In this document: positions 20,099 to 28,737 of the stretch, in pieces
Layout: each line of letters starts with the position of its first letter
Numbering within the stretch: position 1 is the first letter of the stretch
NCBI GenBank assembly: GCA_035758565.1
Contig: DASTXL010000001.1
Span: 267,242 to 331,241 of the forward strand
Reading direction: 5' to 3'
Origin: Candidatus Saccharimonadales bacterium
GTDB taxonomy: Bacteria > Patescibacteriota > Saccharimonadia > Saccharimonadales > UBA10212
DNA: 64,000 nt
Made by a program: the position numbers and the translations under genes
The notes under the pieces: model-generated
Seen by the model: only the letters and a program-made list of their open reading frames with translations
What the model was told of the DNA's origin: nothing
The model's database searches: none

Positions 20099-20590
20099 AT
20101 GGCAACCAAATCTAATAATAGCCATTTATACACATTAGCGCTGCTGCGAATTGGGCTAGGCTATGTATTTTTGTGGGCATTTGTCGACAAGTTATTTGGT
20201 CTTAAGTTCTCAACCTGCAAGGATTTGAGCGTGGGCTGCAAACAAGCCTGGATTCACGGCGGTTCGCCAACGGCTGGATTTTTGGGTCACGCCACTACTG
20301 GACCACTGGCTGGCTTTTATCACCACTTAGCAGGGCAGGCCTGGGTTGATTGGCTATTTATGCTAGGCTTACTGTTTGTGGGTGTGGGCATGGTGTTCGG
20401 CACATGGATCCGCTCGGCCGCTGCCGCCGGTATTTGTTTACTGGTTCTAATGTGGAGTTCGCTTTTGTGGCCAGCCGATGCCCCCGGAGTTGACGAACAT
20501 ATTATTTACATCCTAGTGATGATAGTGTTCCTGGTTGGATCCTTTCCGAACAAGTGGGCAGTCAGGCTACCTTGGATTAAGTTACCGTAG
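20099..20590 (+). CDS. DoxX/DoxD-like membrane protein
   Basis: LALLRIGLGYVFLWAFVDKLFG and four TM helices. SD aaggagagg upstream. Confidence 0.55.
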   Translation: MATKSNNSHLYTLALLRIGLGYVFLWAFVDKLFGLKFSTCKDLSVGCKQAWIHGGSPTAGFLGHATTGPLAGFYHHLAGQAWVDWLFMLGLLFVGVGMVFGTWIRSAAAAGICLLVLMWSSLLWPADAPGVDEHIIYILVMIVFLVGSFPNKWAVRLPWIKLP

Positions 20591-20593
20591 GCA

Positions 20594-21091
20594 ATGAAAT
20601 GGCCATCTTGGATAAACTCCAGAAAATTTAGAGCTTGTTTGGTCGCAGTTTTAATCTTAGTTATTATTTTTGTTTCGCTATCGCACTCGCTGGCCAACAA
20701 AGCCAAAGACGAGTTCGTGGCTCTTTACGGTAATTTAAATCAGATAAACGGCTCGTTGGTGTGCGATCAAAGCCAGACTGGCAATCAGGATATTTATGAC
20801 GTTTTTTATAAGACAACAGCTAATCCAGAAAGCTACCTAGTCGCTACGGCTCAAAAAAAGGGTTACGGAATAGCTGCCGACCTCAGCTTAATAAATACGA
20901 TCTCTAAACAAAATAATCCAAGCATTCCATATAGTCGCTCTAATTTTTACCTTACTGGCACAAAGCAACAAAGTAGGCTGGATATACGTATCTTCCAGGC
21001 CGGCACCGTCAAAATAAGCTGTAATAATAATCAGAGCGTTCGAACTAACGCCAGCCAGCCGATAGTGGAAGTCAAGGTCACCAGGAATTAA
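20594..21091 (+). CDS. Hypothetical signal-anchored extracytoplasmic protein
   Basis: N-terminal TM/signal anchor, then a polar domain. No recognisable motif. Confidence 0.5.
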   Translation: MKWPSWINSRKFRACLVAVLILVIIFVSLSHSLANKAKDEFVALYGNLNQINGSLVCDQSQTGNQDIYDVFYKTTANPESYLVATAQKKGYGIAADLSLINTISKQNNPSIPYSRSNFYLTGTKQQSRLDIRIFQAGTVKISCNNNQSVRTNASQPIVEVKVTRN

Positions 21092-21231
21092 AATTTTCGC
21101 GGCGCGCCGGCGACTTTTAGGTGCTTATTTTGAGTGCTTGAGCTAAGCGTCGGCGAAGGACGGACGGGCCGTATTTAAATACAGTGAGGAGTACTGGAGC
21201 CGACAACAAAGCACGGTGCCAAAATAAGCGG

Positions 21232-22920
21232 CTAAAAACGCTGGCGGATGTGGGACATAGAATAGTCCCAGCTAGCGTCGGCTTTTTTGTGCGGATTAAA
21301 GATATTATCCGGATCGCAAATCTTTTTGGTTTGGCGAAATAGGTCAACAATTTTCTTGCCATACATAGCCTCCAGCCAAGGGCCGCGAATCAAGCCATCG
21401 TTGTGCTCGGCCGTGATGGAACCATGGTAGTGCAAGACAAGATTATTGACTTCGCGCATAGCTGGCTCTAGTTTTTTACGCTCGCTTGGGATCTCGATCT
21501 TCATCAGTGGAATAACATGAAAGTTACCGTCACCCATATGACCGGCAATTGTTGCGAACAATTTATACTTTTTAATGATTTTACGCAGACGCGGTAAAAA
21601 TTCAGTCAGGTATTCTGGTCGAACGATAAAATCATCAATGAACGGCGCAGTGTGCTTGTCCTTAACTTTGGATCTGAGCAGCTGGAAGCTATAGCGGCGC
21701 ATTAGCCAGAACTTTTCGGCTTTGCCTTCAGTCGGATCTTCTTCGAAACCGTTGATTTCGTAGCGAGCTCTGTATTTTCTAAGGTCGGCGTGCAAGGCTT
21801 TGACCTTTTCGCGGACTTCATCCTCTGTTTCGCCGTTGAACTCAACCATCAAAATAAGCTTAGGAATACCACGCCAAGCATGCATATGCAGTCCTGTAGG
21901 CGCCAGACTGAGTAGTAGCTTGACCACTCCACCCCAGCCGAGCATTTTATGAAAACTTGGCATAAAACGCATGCCTAGCCACATCGTGGCATCATCGAAT
22001 GATTCAAAGGTAGCCGGCTTGTGCTCGAGCACCTTCGGTATGACTTCGCCCAGATCGTCTATATCCTTCATAAATAAAACCAACAGGCCGGAATGCGGGC
22101 AGCTAGGGACCAGCTTGAAGTGTATATCTGTGACCAGCCCGAGCGTGCCTTGGGCGCCGCAGATAAGTTGGGTCAGATCAAAAACACCGGTCTCGCGGTT
22201 CCATACATCCCACAAGTAATAACCTGCTGAATTCTTGGACACGTGCGGACGAGCAGCCTGGATAGCGTCATAATTACCATCTAAAAGAATGAAGAGTTGA
22301 CGATAAAGCTGGCCCTCAAAATCTTTTTGTTTCATTTTTTTATCAAGCTCGGCTTTGCTCAATGGTTTGACTGTTCGTTCGACTCCATCAGCAAAAACAA
22401 CCTTGAGCTCCGTAACAAAATTCTGCGTCTTACCGTATTCTAAAGATTTCTCACCACCAGAGTTGTTATTAACCATACCTCCAACGCTGGCTAGGTCACG
22501 GCTGGCCGGATAAGTCGGCATTAGGGCCTTGTGCTTTAGCGTTTCCGGTTCAAAATCTTTATAAAGTACGCCAGGCTGGACTTGGGCCGATGAGGCGCTG
22601 ACTTTTTCGATCTTGGTAAAATATTTGCGGAAATCAACAATCACCGATTCGCTTATGGCACCGCCACTCATATCCGTGCCGGCACTACGGGCAGTCAAGC
22701 TGAGATCGGGCATTTTATCCTTCAGCTCGCTGACTGTGGCGACAAGCTTTTCAATGTCCGAGCCGTTTTTTGGCGCCACAACCAGCTGCGGGACTAATTC
22801 AAATAAAGAGGCGTCGTGGCTGAATAGTTCGCGAGTCTCCTCGGAATTATCAAAATCACCAGAAAAACCTTTTTGTTTTAACGCTTGTTCAAATTGTTCC
22901 ATTCCTCTTAAGCTTACCAC
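21232..22920 (-). CDS. FAD-linked oxidase (GlcD / D-lactate dehydrogenase family)
   Basis: FAD-binding PCMH-type N-terminus (PKNGSDIEKLV, ARSAGTDMSGGA) and C-terminal HGSITAEHNDG. Confidence 0.8.
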   Translation of the reverse strand: MVSLRGMEQFEQALKQKGFSGDFDNSEETRELFSHDASLFELVPQLVVAPKNGSDIEKLVATVSELKDKMPDLSLTARSAGTDMSGGAISESVIVDFRKYFTKIEKVSASSAQVQPGVLYKDFEPETLKHKALMPTYPASRDLASVGGMVNNNSGGEKSLEYGKTQNFVTELKVVFADGVERTVKPLSKAELDKKMKQKDFEGQLYRQLFILLDGNYDAIQAARPHVSKNSAGYYLWDVWNRETGVFDLTQLICGAQGTLGLVTDIHFKLVPSCPHSGLLVLFMKDIDDLGEVIPKVLEHKPATFESFDDATMWLGMRFMPSFHKMLGWGGVVKLLLSLAPTGLHMHAWRGIPKLILMVEFNGETEDEVREKVKALHADLRKYRARYEINGFEEDPTEGKAEKFWLMRRYSFQLLRSKVKDKHTAPFIDDFIVRPEYLTEFLPRLRKIIKKYKLFATIAGHMGDGNFHVIPLMKIEIPSERKKLEPAMREVNNLVLHYHGSITAEHNDGLIRGPWLEAMYGKKIVDLFRQTKKICDPDNIFNPHKKADASWDYSMSHIRQRF

Positions 22921-22933
22921 AAATCGAGGCTGG

Positions 22934-23914
22934 CTATAAAATCAGCATGGCATCGCCGAAGCTGTAAAAGCGATATTGGCTGTCTATAGCGTGCTTATAA
23001 ATTCGATGTAGCTCGTCGATTGAACCAAGCAGGGCAGAGATCATCATTAGAAGTGTGGATTTAGGAAGGTGAAAGTTGGTGATGATAGCGTCCACGTTCT
23101 TGAATTCGTAGCCCGGTTTGATAAATATATTAGTCACGCCGGAACAAGCTTTGAAGGGTCTGTCTAAGCTTTCCAGTGTCCGGGCGCTAGTGGTGCCAAC
23201 CGCCGTAATATGCGTAGCTTTGTTAAGTATGCCCGCGGTCTCGGTGGTCACTTCGTACCATTCGTGGTGCATGACATGTTCGTCAATGTCTTCTGATTTG
23301 ACCGGCGCAAAGGTGCCTAGGCCTACGTGCAGAGTCAGCTCGGCCACATCGTGTGTTTTCTTGATTCCATCAAGCTGCTCGTTTGTAAAATGCAGCCCGG
23401 CTGTTGGCGCCGCTTTGCTGCCCAGCGGATCGGCGTAAACCGTTTGATATTCATCGGCCAGTGATTCGTCTTGTTTAATATATGGTGGCAGGGGAGTTAG
23501 TCGAAAATCATCAAAGGCCGGATCGTCAATGTTTTTGCTAAGCTTTAGTGTCCGAATCCCGGCTTCATCAATATTAATAGTTTCGGCACTCAGGCCATTC
23601 GCCAGCTCGGCAATCTTGCCCAACTTAAATTTGCGGCCGGGCTTAACCAACGCCCGAACCGTATCTGGATTAACGGTTTCCAGCACAAAGATTTCTGCAT
23701 TGCCAAAACGCAGTCGGGCTTTTTCTACCTTAGAATTGTTCAAAACCAGAGTCGTCTCAATTGGCAGATATTTTTCTAAGTTATAAAAATAATCGTCGAT
23801 TATCTGTTTGGTCTGGCGGTCATAAATCAGTAAGCGAGCGTGGTTACGCGGCCGGGCAGGCGTCTGCGCGATAAGCTCAGATGGCAATTCAAAATCAAAA
23901 TCCGAAAGTTTCAT
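22934..23914 (-). CDS. queA: S-adenosylmethionine:tRNA ribosyltransferase-isomerase
   Basis: MKLSDFDFELPSELIAQTPARPRNHARLL and GTTSARTLES. Confidence 0.9.
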   Translation of the reverse strand: MKLSDFDFELPSELIAQTPARPRNHARLLIYDRQTKQIIDDYFYNLEKYLPIETTLVLNNSKVEKARLRFGNAEIFVLETVNPDTVRALVKPGRKFKLGKIAELANGLSAETINIDEAGIRTLKLSKNIDDPAFDDFRLTPLPPYIKQDESLADEYQTVYADPLGSKAAPTAGLHFTNEQLDGIKKTHDVAELTLHVGLGTFAPVKSEDIDEHVMHHEWYEVTTETAGILNKATHITAVGTTSARTLESLDRPFKACSGVTNIFIKPGYEFKNVDAIITNFHLPKSTLLMMISALLGSIDELHRIYKHAIDSQYRFYSFGDAMLIL

Positions 23915-23972
23915 GCAAAGAATAGTGTATCCGTTACTTTTCCTATCAGCAAAAAGATGATATAAATTAAAA

Positions 23973-25298
23973 ATGTTTGGTCGAAGAAATACCGAGGTTA
24001 GTAGCAGGCAAGTTGGCCAAGAACTATCAATAATATACGGCGCTCGTCAACAAAGCGTTGATCGCAGCGATGAGCTTATTGAACAGGTTACCGACACACC
24101 CGCAAAAACTGCAGCTGAATTTGCGCAGTCTTATTATGAAACCTTTTTTGATACACCAGCTAAGCAGATGTTGTGGACGGCTGAAGGCTACATATCATCA
24201 GTTGAGGCCGCTCATGCTTTCTATTTTAAAATCCGTGACGTGGCCGATACTCTAAAGATTGATCTAGTAGAGTCTTTGTCAACTGTGATGCCGGATGAAG
24301 GTTGGCGCGTACTTCAAACCATTCCTGACGGTCCGGAAAAAGTTGAAGCGTTGGCTAAGTTTGGCAAAAATACCGATCCAGTATTCATTCAACAAGCCCG
24401 CACCTTAGCCTATAGACTGGATCCTGACTATAGGCGCTCACGAGTTAATAACCTCTTGCGAATCGCAGATTTTGCCCAGGATGATTTTGCATTAGAATTA
24501 GTTTACCAAGAAGCAAAACGAGATCTTGGCTCCCAAGCCAAAGACGACGTTGATTGGGAAACAGTAGATTACTTTATCAACGCCGCTTCATTGGGTCACG
24601 CACCAGCATTAGTGGAAGCTAAGCGCTTAGTGCTGGCGAATCTAGGAAGAGTCAAAGTCCACGAAAGCCATTGGCTGGAAGAGATGACGCTGGTCAGCTA
24701 CATAGATGAACTTATGAAAAGGGGCGCTCTACCAACCCGGGCCGCCCCGCAGCCTCAAGACATGCCAGCCTACGAGCAAGTCGAGGCCAGGTGGCAGGAC
24801 AGCCTAATGAAGCGACGGGACCAGATTACCGCGAAGCTACACGAGGGAGTTGAGCTACCAGCATTTGATTGCTTGACACACGACATGTACTCAATAGCTA
24901 TTGACGCCAAAAACTACAGCACTCTACAAACACCATCGGAAATTGTCGCCTACATAAACGCCAAGGCAGAAGAATATGCCCAGGCATTAATGTCGAGAGG
25001 ATTAGAGGAATTTCCTGCCATCACGCTTGCGGCCGATCAACCAGGCGTCACATACGGCATCCCCCCTCAACAATTACTTCAGAATATTAAAGATTTTAGG
25101 GCACAGTGGAGAAAAGTGGTGCTACCCGGACCAAGGCGTACAGATGAAGAGGAGGCAGATTTATACAACGGCTCGAACATAAGAATGTTCAGGGCGTTAA
25201 ATAGAATTGCTGTATTTCGGGCATTGTGTCTTGCCGGGGTTGGGCTAAATTCTCCACAACCAGATCATGCACCCAAAATACGAGACCGTGTTCCATGA
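23973..25298 (+). CDS. Hypothetical soluble protein (441 aa)
   Basis: Long uninterrupted ORF with protein-like composition. No motif recognised. Confidence 0.55.
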   Translation: MFGRRNTEVSSRQVGQELSIIYGARQQSVDRSDELIEQVTDTPAKTAAEFAQSYYETFFDTPAKQMLWTAEGYISSVEAAHAFYFKIRDVADTLKIDLVESLSTVMPDEGWRVLQTIPDGPEKVEALAKFGKNTDPVFIQQARTLAYRLDPDYRRSRVNNLLRIADFAQDDFALELVYQEAKRDLGSQAKDDVDWETVDYFINAASLGHAPALVEAKRLVLANLGRVKVHESHWLEEMTLVSYIDELMKRGALPTRAAPQPQDMPAYEQVEARWQDSLMKRRDQITAKLHEGVELPAFDCLTHDMYSIAIDAKNYSTLQTPSEIVAYINAKAEEYAQALMSRGLEEFPAITLAADQPGVTYGIPPQQLLQNIKDFRAQWRKVVLPGPRRTDEEEADLYNGSNIRMFRALNRIAVFRALCLAGVGLNSPQPDHAPKIRDRVP

Positions 25299-25316
25299 CC
25301 GGTCTCTATTTATTTA
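25282..25316 (+). terminator. Hairpin terminator overlapping the stop codon of the 441-aa ORF
   Basis: gagaccg (25282-25288) pairs with cggtctc (25300-25306); followed by tatttattt. Confidence 0.5.
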
Positions 25317-25521
25317 CCCCTGTCGTATTTATTAGCAGGCTTATTCAATTAATTAATAATTGATTGGGCTGCATTCGAACCGCTAAAGCCTGGCATAAGG
25401 TGCGATTAACTTCTTAAAAGCGTTCCATAACTGACCGACTAACACCATGAGGGCTGGACACTTCAAAAACAGACCGGGTTCCTTGACCGCCAGCCTACTT
25501 TAATTCATAAGATACAATGCG

Positions 25522-26338
25522 TCAGATTAAGCCGCTAATACGTAAAGCATCTTCAGGCAATAGTTGGAGTTGTTCCGCCACTGCATTACTGTCGATATGG
25601 GATTTTTGTATGGACTTAGGGATCGGTAATGCATTCTGACTCCTTAACCAGGCAAGCGCTATCTGCGCAGGCATTGCGCTATATTTTTCGGACATCTGCA
25701 CAATCAGCTGATTATTAAGGATATCGCCTTTTTCAAGTGGCATGTAGGCGACAATGGCAATATGATTTTTTGCACACAACTCACGCAGTTGAAGGGTAAC
25801 CTCCTGCTGATGCGCACAGCTGTAATGCATCTGATTCGCCACAATCGGATACTTGGTTAACTTCATTACTTCCTGCAAGCATACGGCGTTGAAGTTACTC
25901 AATCCAAAATACCGTACTACCCCCTTATCAATCAATTCACCAATCTGAGGGATTGCTTCTTGCCATGATGCATCAAACCAGGGTGCGTGAATATAAAGCA
26001 GATCAAGGTAATCCGTAGCGAGCCGTCTGAGCATGCCTTCAACTGCCGGACGAACCATCCCATGTGCCACGTGGTTCTTCCATAATTTGGAAGCTATAAA
26101 AAGGTCTGCACGGTTTGCCGATTGTATCGCCTGGCCAACGGTACGCTCAGCTCCGCCGTTTGCGTACATTTCGGCCGTATCTATATGGTTCTGTTCGAGA
26201 GAGAGATTGCATATCGCATGGCTTCCACCTCCGCTTGTGTTCCTGGTGAGAATAAGGGATATCCGCCGTAGCCCCACGTACCGATGCCTATTGGGTGAAG
26301 CTGCTTACCGGACTTCGTTCGAAGGTTTGTTATAGCCA
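25522..26338 (-). pseudogene. Aldo/keto reductase interrupted by a frameshift in a (TC)5 tract
   Basis: From GTG 26338 the frame reads VAITNLRTKSGKQLHPIGIGTWGYGG...VEAMRYAISLS and stops at 26181-26183. The AKR continuation EQNHIDTAEMYANGGAERTVGQAI lies in the frame reached by skipping 2 nt. The junction is gagagagaga on the + strand (26197-26206). Confidence 0.75.
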
Positions 26339-26341
26339 CGC

Positions 26342-27274
26342 TCATACCAACCCTTTATCATGTAATTTGCTGAGCAGCAGGTGGAAATAGACGAACCCCG
26401 CATACGGACGCCAAGCGGCTGTGAGATTCTCAAGCTGCTCGTAGTCTGGCCTAGTATCTAACCCCAATAACTTCTGGATATTGTATTGCCCGCCGACGTC
26501 ATCACCGGGAAATATGTCCAAACGGCCGAGACCACGGAGCAGCACATATTCGGCCGACCAACGTCCGATGCCGCGAATAGATCGCAAGCTACCTAACGCC
26601 TCTTCGTTGGTGGCAAGCTCGAACTGCTCAAGCCGCAGCTCCTCATCGGCAACTGCATACGCAACCTCTTTAACGGCACGTGCTTTCTGATAGCTAAAGC
26701 CAAGCTGCTTGAGGTCACTTTCAGGCACATCGAACACATCTTCCGGTCTTGGGAAGGCATGCATAGTGCTGGCTGTACCTGGAAATGCTAAACCAAATGT
26801 TTCAGTAAAGCGGTTCAGTAGTGCAATGCCCGCGTCAAGCGACACTTGTTGGCAAGCAATAGCGTTTACTAAGGCTTCGAATATCGTTGGAAAACGCGGT
26901 GGCCGTACGCCACTAAACTGTTCGGCGAGCGGTTTCAGAACGGGATTTTTCGCTGCCAGCACCCAAAAAGGCTGCACGTCAACGGCCATGCCCAGCACTT
27001 TTTGCGCAATAACCTGTGCGTCCAATTGTTGCTCCGGCGTCAGTCGCTCACGACTTTGCAGCCTGACGAAAACTTGCGGTGGCTTTCTATCGGGTACAAA
27101 AGGCCACTGTAATACGGTAAGCTTTACGGGGATATCGCTCAATATCAGTATCCGACTGTATTTCTGGCCATCCCAATAATCGATGGTATTTTTCTCCCGC
27201 CGCCGAAGCGCCCATATAGTAAGGTCCAGTCGGAAGGGTAATGCGACCGGTATGGTACACACAGTTTCGTACAT
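26342..27274 (-). CDS. alkA: DNA-3-methyladenine glycosylase II family (AlkA-like, HhH-GPD)
   Basis: HhH-GPD motif LRSIRGIGRWSAEYVLLRGLGRLDIFPGDDVG. Confidence 0.8.
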   Translation of the reverse strand: MYETVCTIPVALPFRLDLTIWALRRREKNTIDYWDGQKYSRILILSDIPVKLTVLQWPFVPDRKPPQVFVRLQSRERLTPEQQLDAQVIAQKVLGMAVDVQPFWVLAAKNPVLKPLAEQFSGVRPPRFPTIFEALVNAIACQQVSLDAGIALLNRFTETFGLAFPGTASTMHAFPRPEDVFDVPESDLKQLGFSYQKARAVKEVAYAVADEELRLEQFELATNEEALGSLRSIRGIGRWSAEYVLLRGLGRLDIFPGDDVGGQYNIQKLLGLDTRPDYEQLENLTAAWRPYAGFVYFHLLLSKLHDKGLV

Positions 27275-27280
27275 AGCGTG

Positions 27281-27625
27281 CTACTTTTCGAGAAAGCTTT
27301 TGAGTACCTCTGCATCATTATGCAGTTCGTCTTTGGCGGAGAAGACAAGTGTGACCGGGCTGGTTTTAAGTTCATCGCGGAGTTGGGAGACGACCGCTTC
27401 GTTGCTTTTAAGTTCTTGCTCGTAACGCTTCTGGAATTCTGGCCACTTTCCTGGGTCATGGCCGAACCATTCACGTAAGCCTGTGCTAGGCGCAATATCT
27501 TTCAGCCACAAATCAACCTTAGCCTTTTCCTTTGTTAGTCCGCGCGGCCATAACCGGTCGATAAGTATTCGCTTGCCGTCCTTGGCAGATGGCTCTTCAT
27601 ACACTCGCTTGATATTGACCTTCAT
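27281..27625 (-). CDS. DUF488 (YeaO-like) protein
   Basis: IKRVYEEPSAKDGKRILIDRLWPRGLTKEKA...WLKDIAPS..LREWFGHDP.KW.EF is a typical DUF488 pattern. Confidence 0.8.
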   Translation of the reverse strand: MKVNIKRVYEEPSAKDGKRILIDRLWPRGLTKEKAKVDLWLKDIAPSTGLREWFGHDPGKWPEFQKRYEQELKSNEAVVSQLRDELKTSPVTLVFSAKDELHNDAEVLKSFLEK

Positions 27626-27629
27626 AATC

Positions 27630-28343
27630 CTAGTATCCCGTAAATTCTTCAGTCCTTACATTGTCTTCATTTACGTTTAAGCTGACTAAAAGCTGTCGCA
27701 TGGCTTTGACCATGCCTTCAGGGCCGGACAAATAGTAAATCGGCGCGTTCAAATCCAATACATGCTTCTTGATTGTCGCTTCATCCACGCGGCCACGTTC
27801 ACCCTGCCAATCCTCGGGCGCGTTATCGGAAGCGACTGGAATATAGGTAAAGTTGGGATTTTTTGTAGTAAGCCGTTCAAAATCTGCCATAAACGGCATG
27901 TCGGCTGGTGTACGGCTGGAATGGATAAGTGTAATCTTGTGAGCAGTTTTATCGTGCATGGCCTGGGTCACCATGCTGCGTACCGGCGTCACTCCGATAC
28001 CGCCGATAAGGAACACAGCCGGTGTTGTCTCGGTCTTATGTAGCGTGAAGTCGCCATACGGCGCATCGAGCTTTACTTCCGTACCGATAGGTAAATCCTT
28101 AAGAACCCGCTTGAAAGCCGTGTCGCGTAGTCGCGTGGCAGCACCTATATTTTCTTCAAATGGCGCGGTAATGATAGAGAAGCCGCGCGTATTACCTTCT
28201 TCGTCAGTCTCCGGCGGATTGATTAGTGTATAATCGGCGAACTGCCCAGCCCTAAACTCAAAGCCTTCCGGTTTTTCGAAGTAGAAGGCCATTGTGCCGT
28301 TTGCTATCTCTTCTTTCTTTACTAGTTTTACGCTTGCTATCAT
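27630..28343 (-). CDS. Ferredoxin-NADP reductase-like FAD/NAD(P)-binding oxidoreductase
   Basis: RGFSIITAP (RxYS-like FAD site) and LIGGIGVTP (NAD site). I moved the start to ATG 28343, which has SD AGGAGG 6 nt upstream just after the ArsR stop. Confidence 0.75.
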   Translation of the reverse strand: MIASVKLVKKEEIANGTMAFYFEKPEGFEFRAGQFADYTLINPPETDEEGNTRGFSIITAPFEENIGAATRLRDTAFKRVLKDLPIGTEVKLDAPYGDFTLHKTETTPAVFLIGGIGVTPVRSMVTQAMHDKTAHKITLIHSSRTPADMPFMADFERLTTKNPNFTYIPVASDNAPEDWQGERGRVDEATIKKHVLDLNAPIYYLSGPEGMVKAMRQLLVSLNVNEDNVRTEEFTGY

Positions 28344-28356
28344 GGTGATCCTCCTT

Positions 28357-28662
28357 TTACTCCCAGTGTTCGCATCCTTTAACACAGTATTTTTCAACGT
28401 GCCTTTCTATCTGCTCAAACAGTGGCTTAACCGTATCCTCGTTTATTGCGTAAATACGCTCTTTACCATCTTGTTTGACGGTAACGAAGTGACAGAGTAA
28501 CAGCTGCTTGAGGCTATGAGATGCCGCCGATTGTTCAATCTTCAACGTCTCAGCAATAGCAGTCACACTCAGAGGGCCCTTTTTAACAAGCAGCTGTAGG
28601 ATCCGAACGCGCTGCTTATTCCCTAATGTCATGAAAAAATGGTCAAATGATGTATAGTTCAT
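28357..28662 (-). CDS. ArsR/SmtB-family transcriptional regulator
   Basis: 101 aa with wHTH LGNKQRVRILQLLVKKGPLSVTAIAETLKIEQSAASHSLKQL. Confidence 0.85.
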   Translation of the reverse strand: MNYTSFDHFFMTLGNKQRVRILQLLVKKGPLSVTAIAETLKIEQSAASHSLKQLLLCHFVTVKQDGKERIYAINEDTVKPLFEQIERHVEKYCVKGCEHWE

Positions 28663-28737
28663 ATGAATAGTATAGCATGTGTTACTATGTAGCTGTAATC
28701 ATTACCGCAATGAACACGTCGGAGAGATATATAAATT

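Noticed and set aside
26709-27179. Long antisense ORFs opposite real genes (26709-27179, 32694-33185, 31587-32033, 60917-61270, 53703-54101, 59408-59815 and similar)
   Set aside because: They lie fully inside, and antisense to, ORFs with clear family motifs. Their products are low-complexity (Ser/Ala/Arg/Cys-rich) and they have no SD or promoter, so they are typical shadow ORFs.
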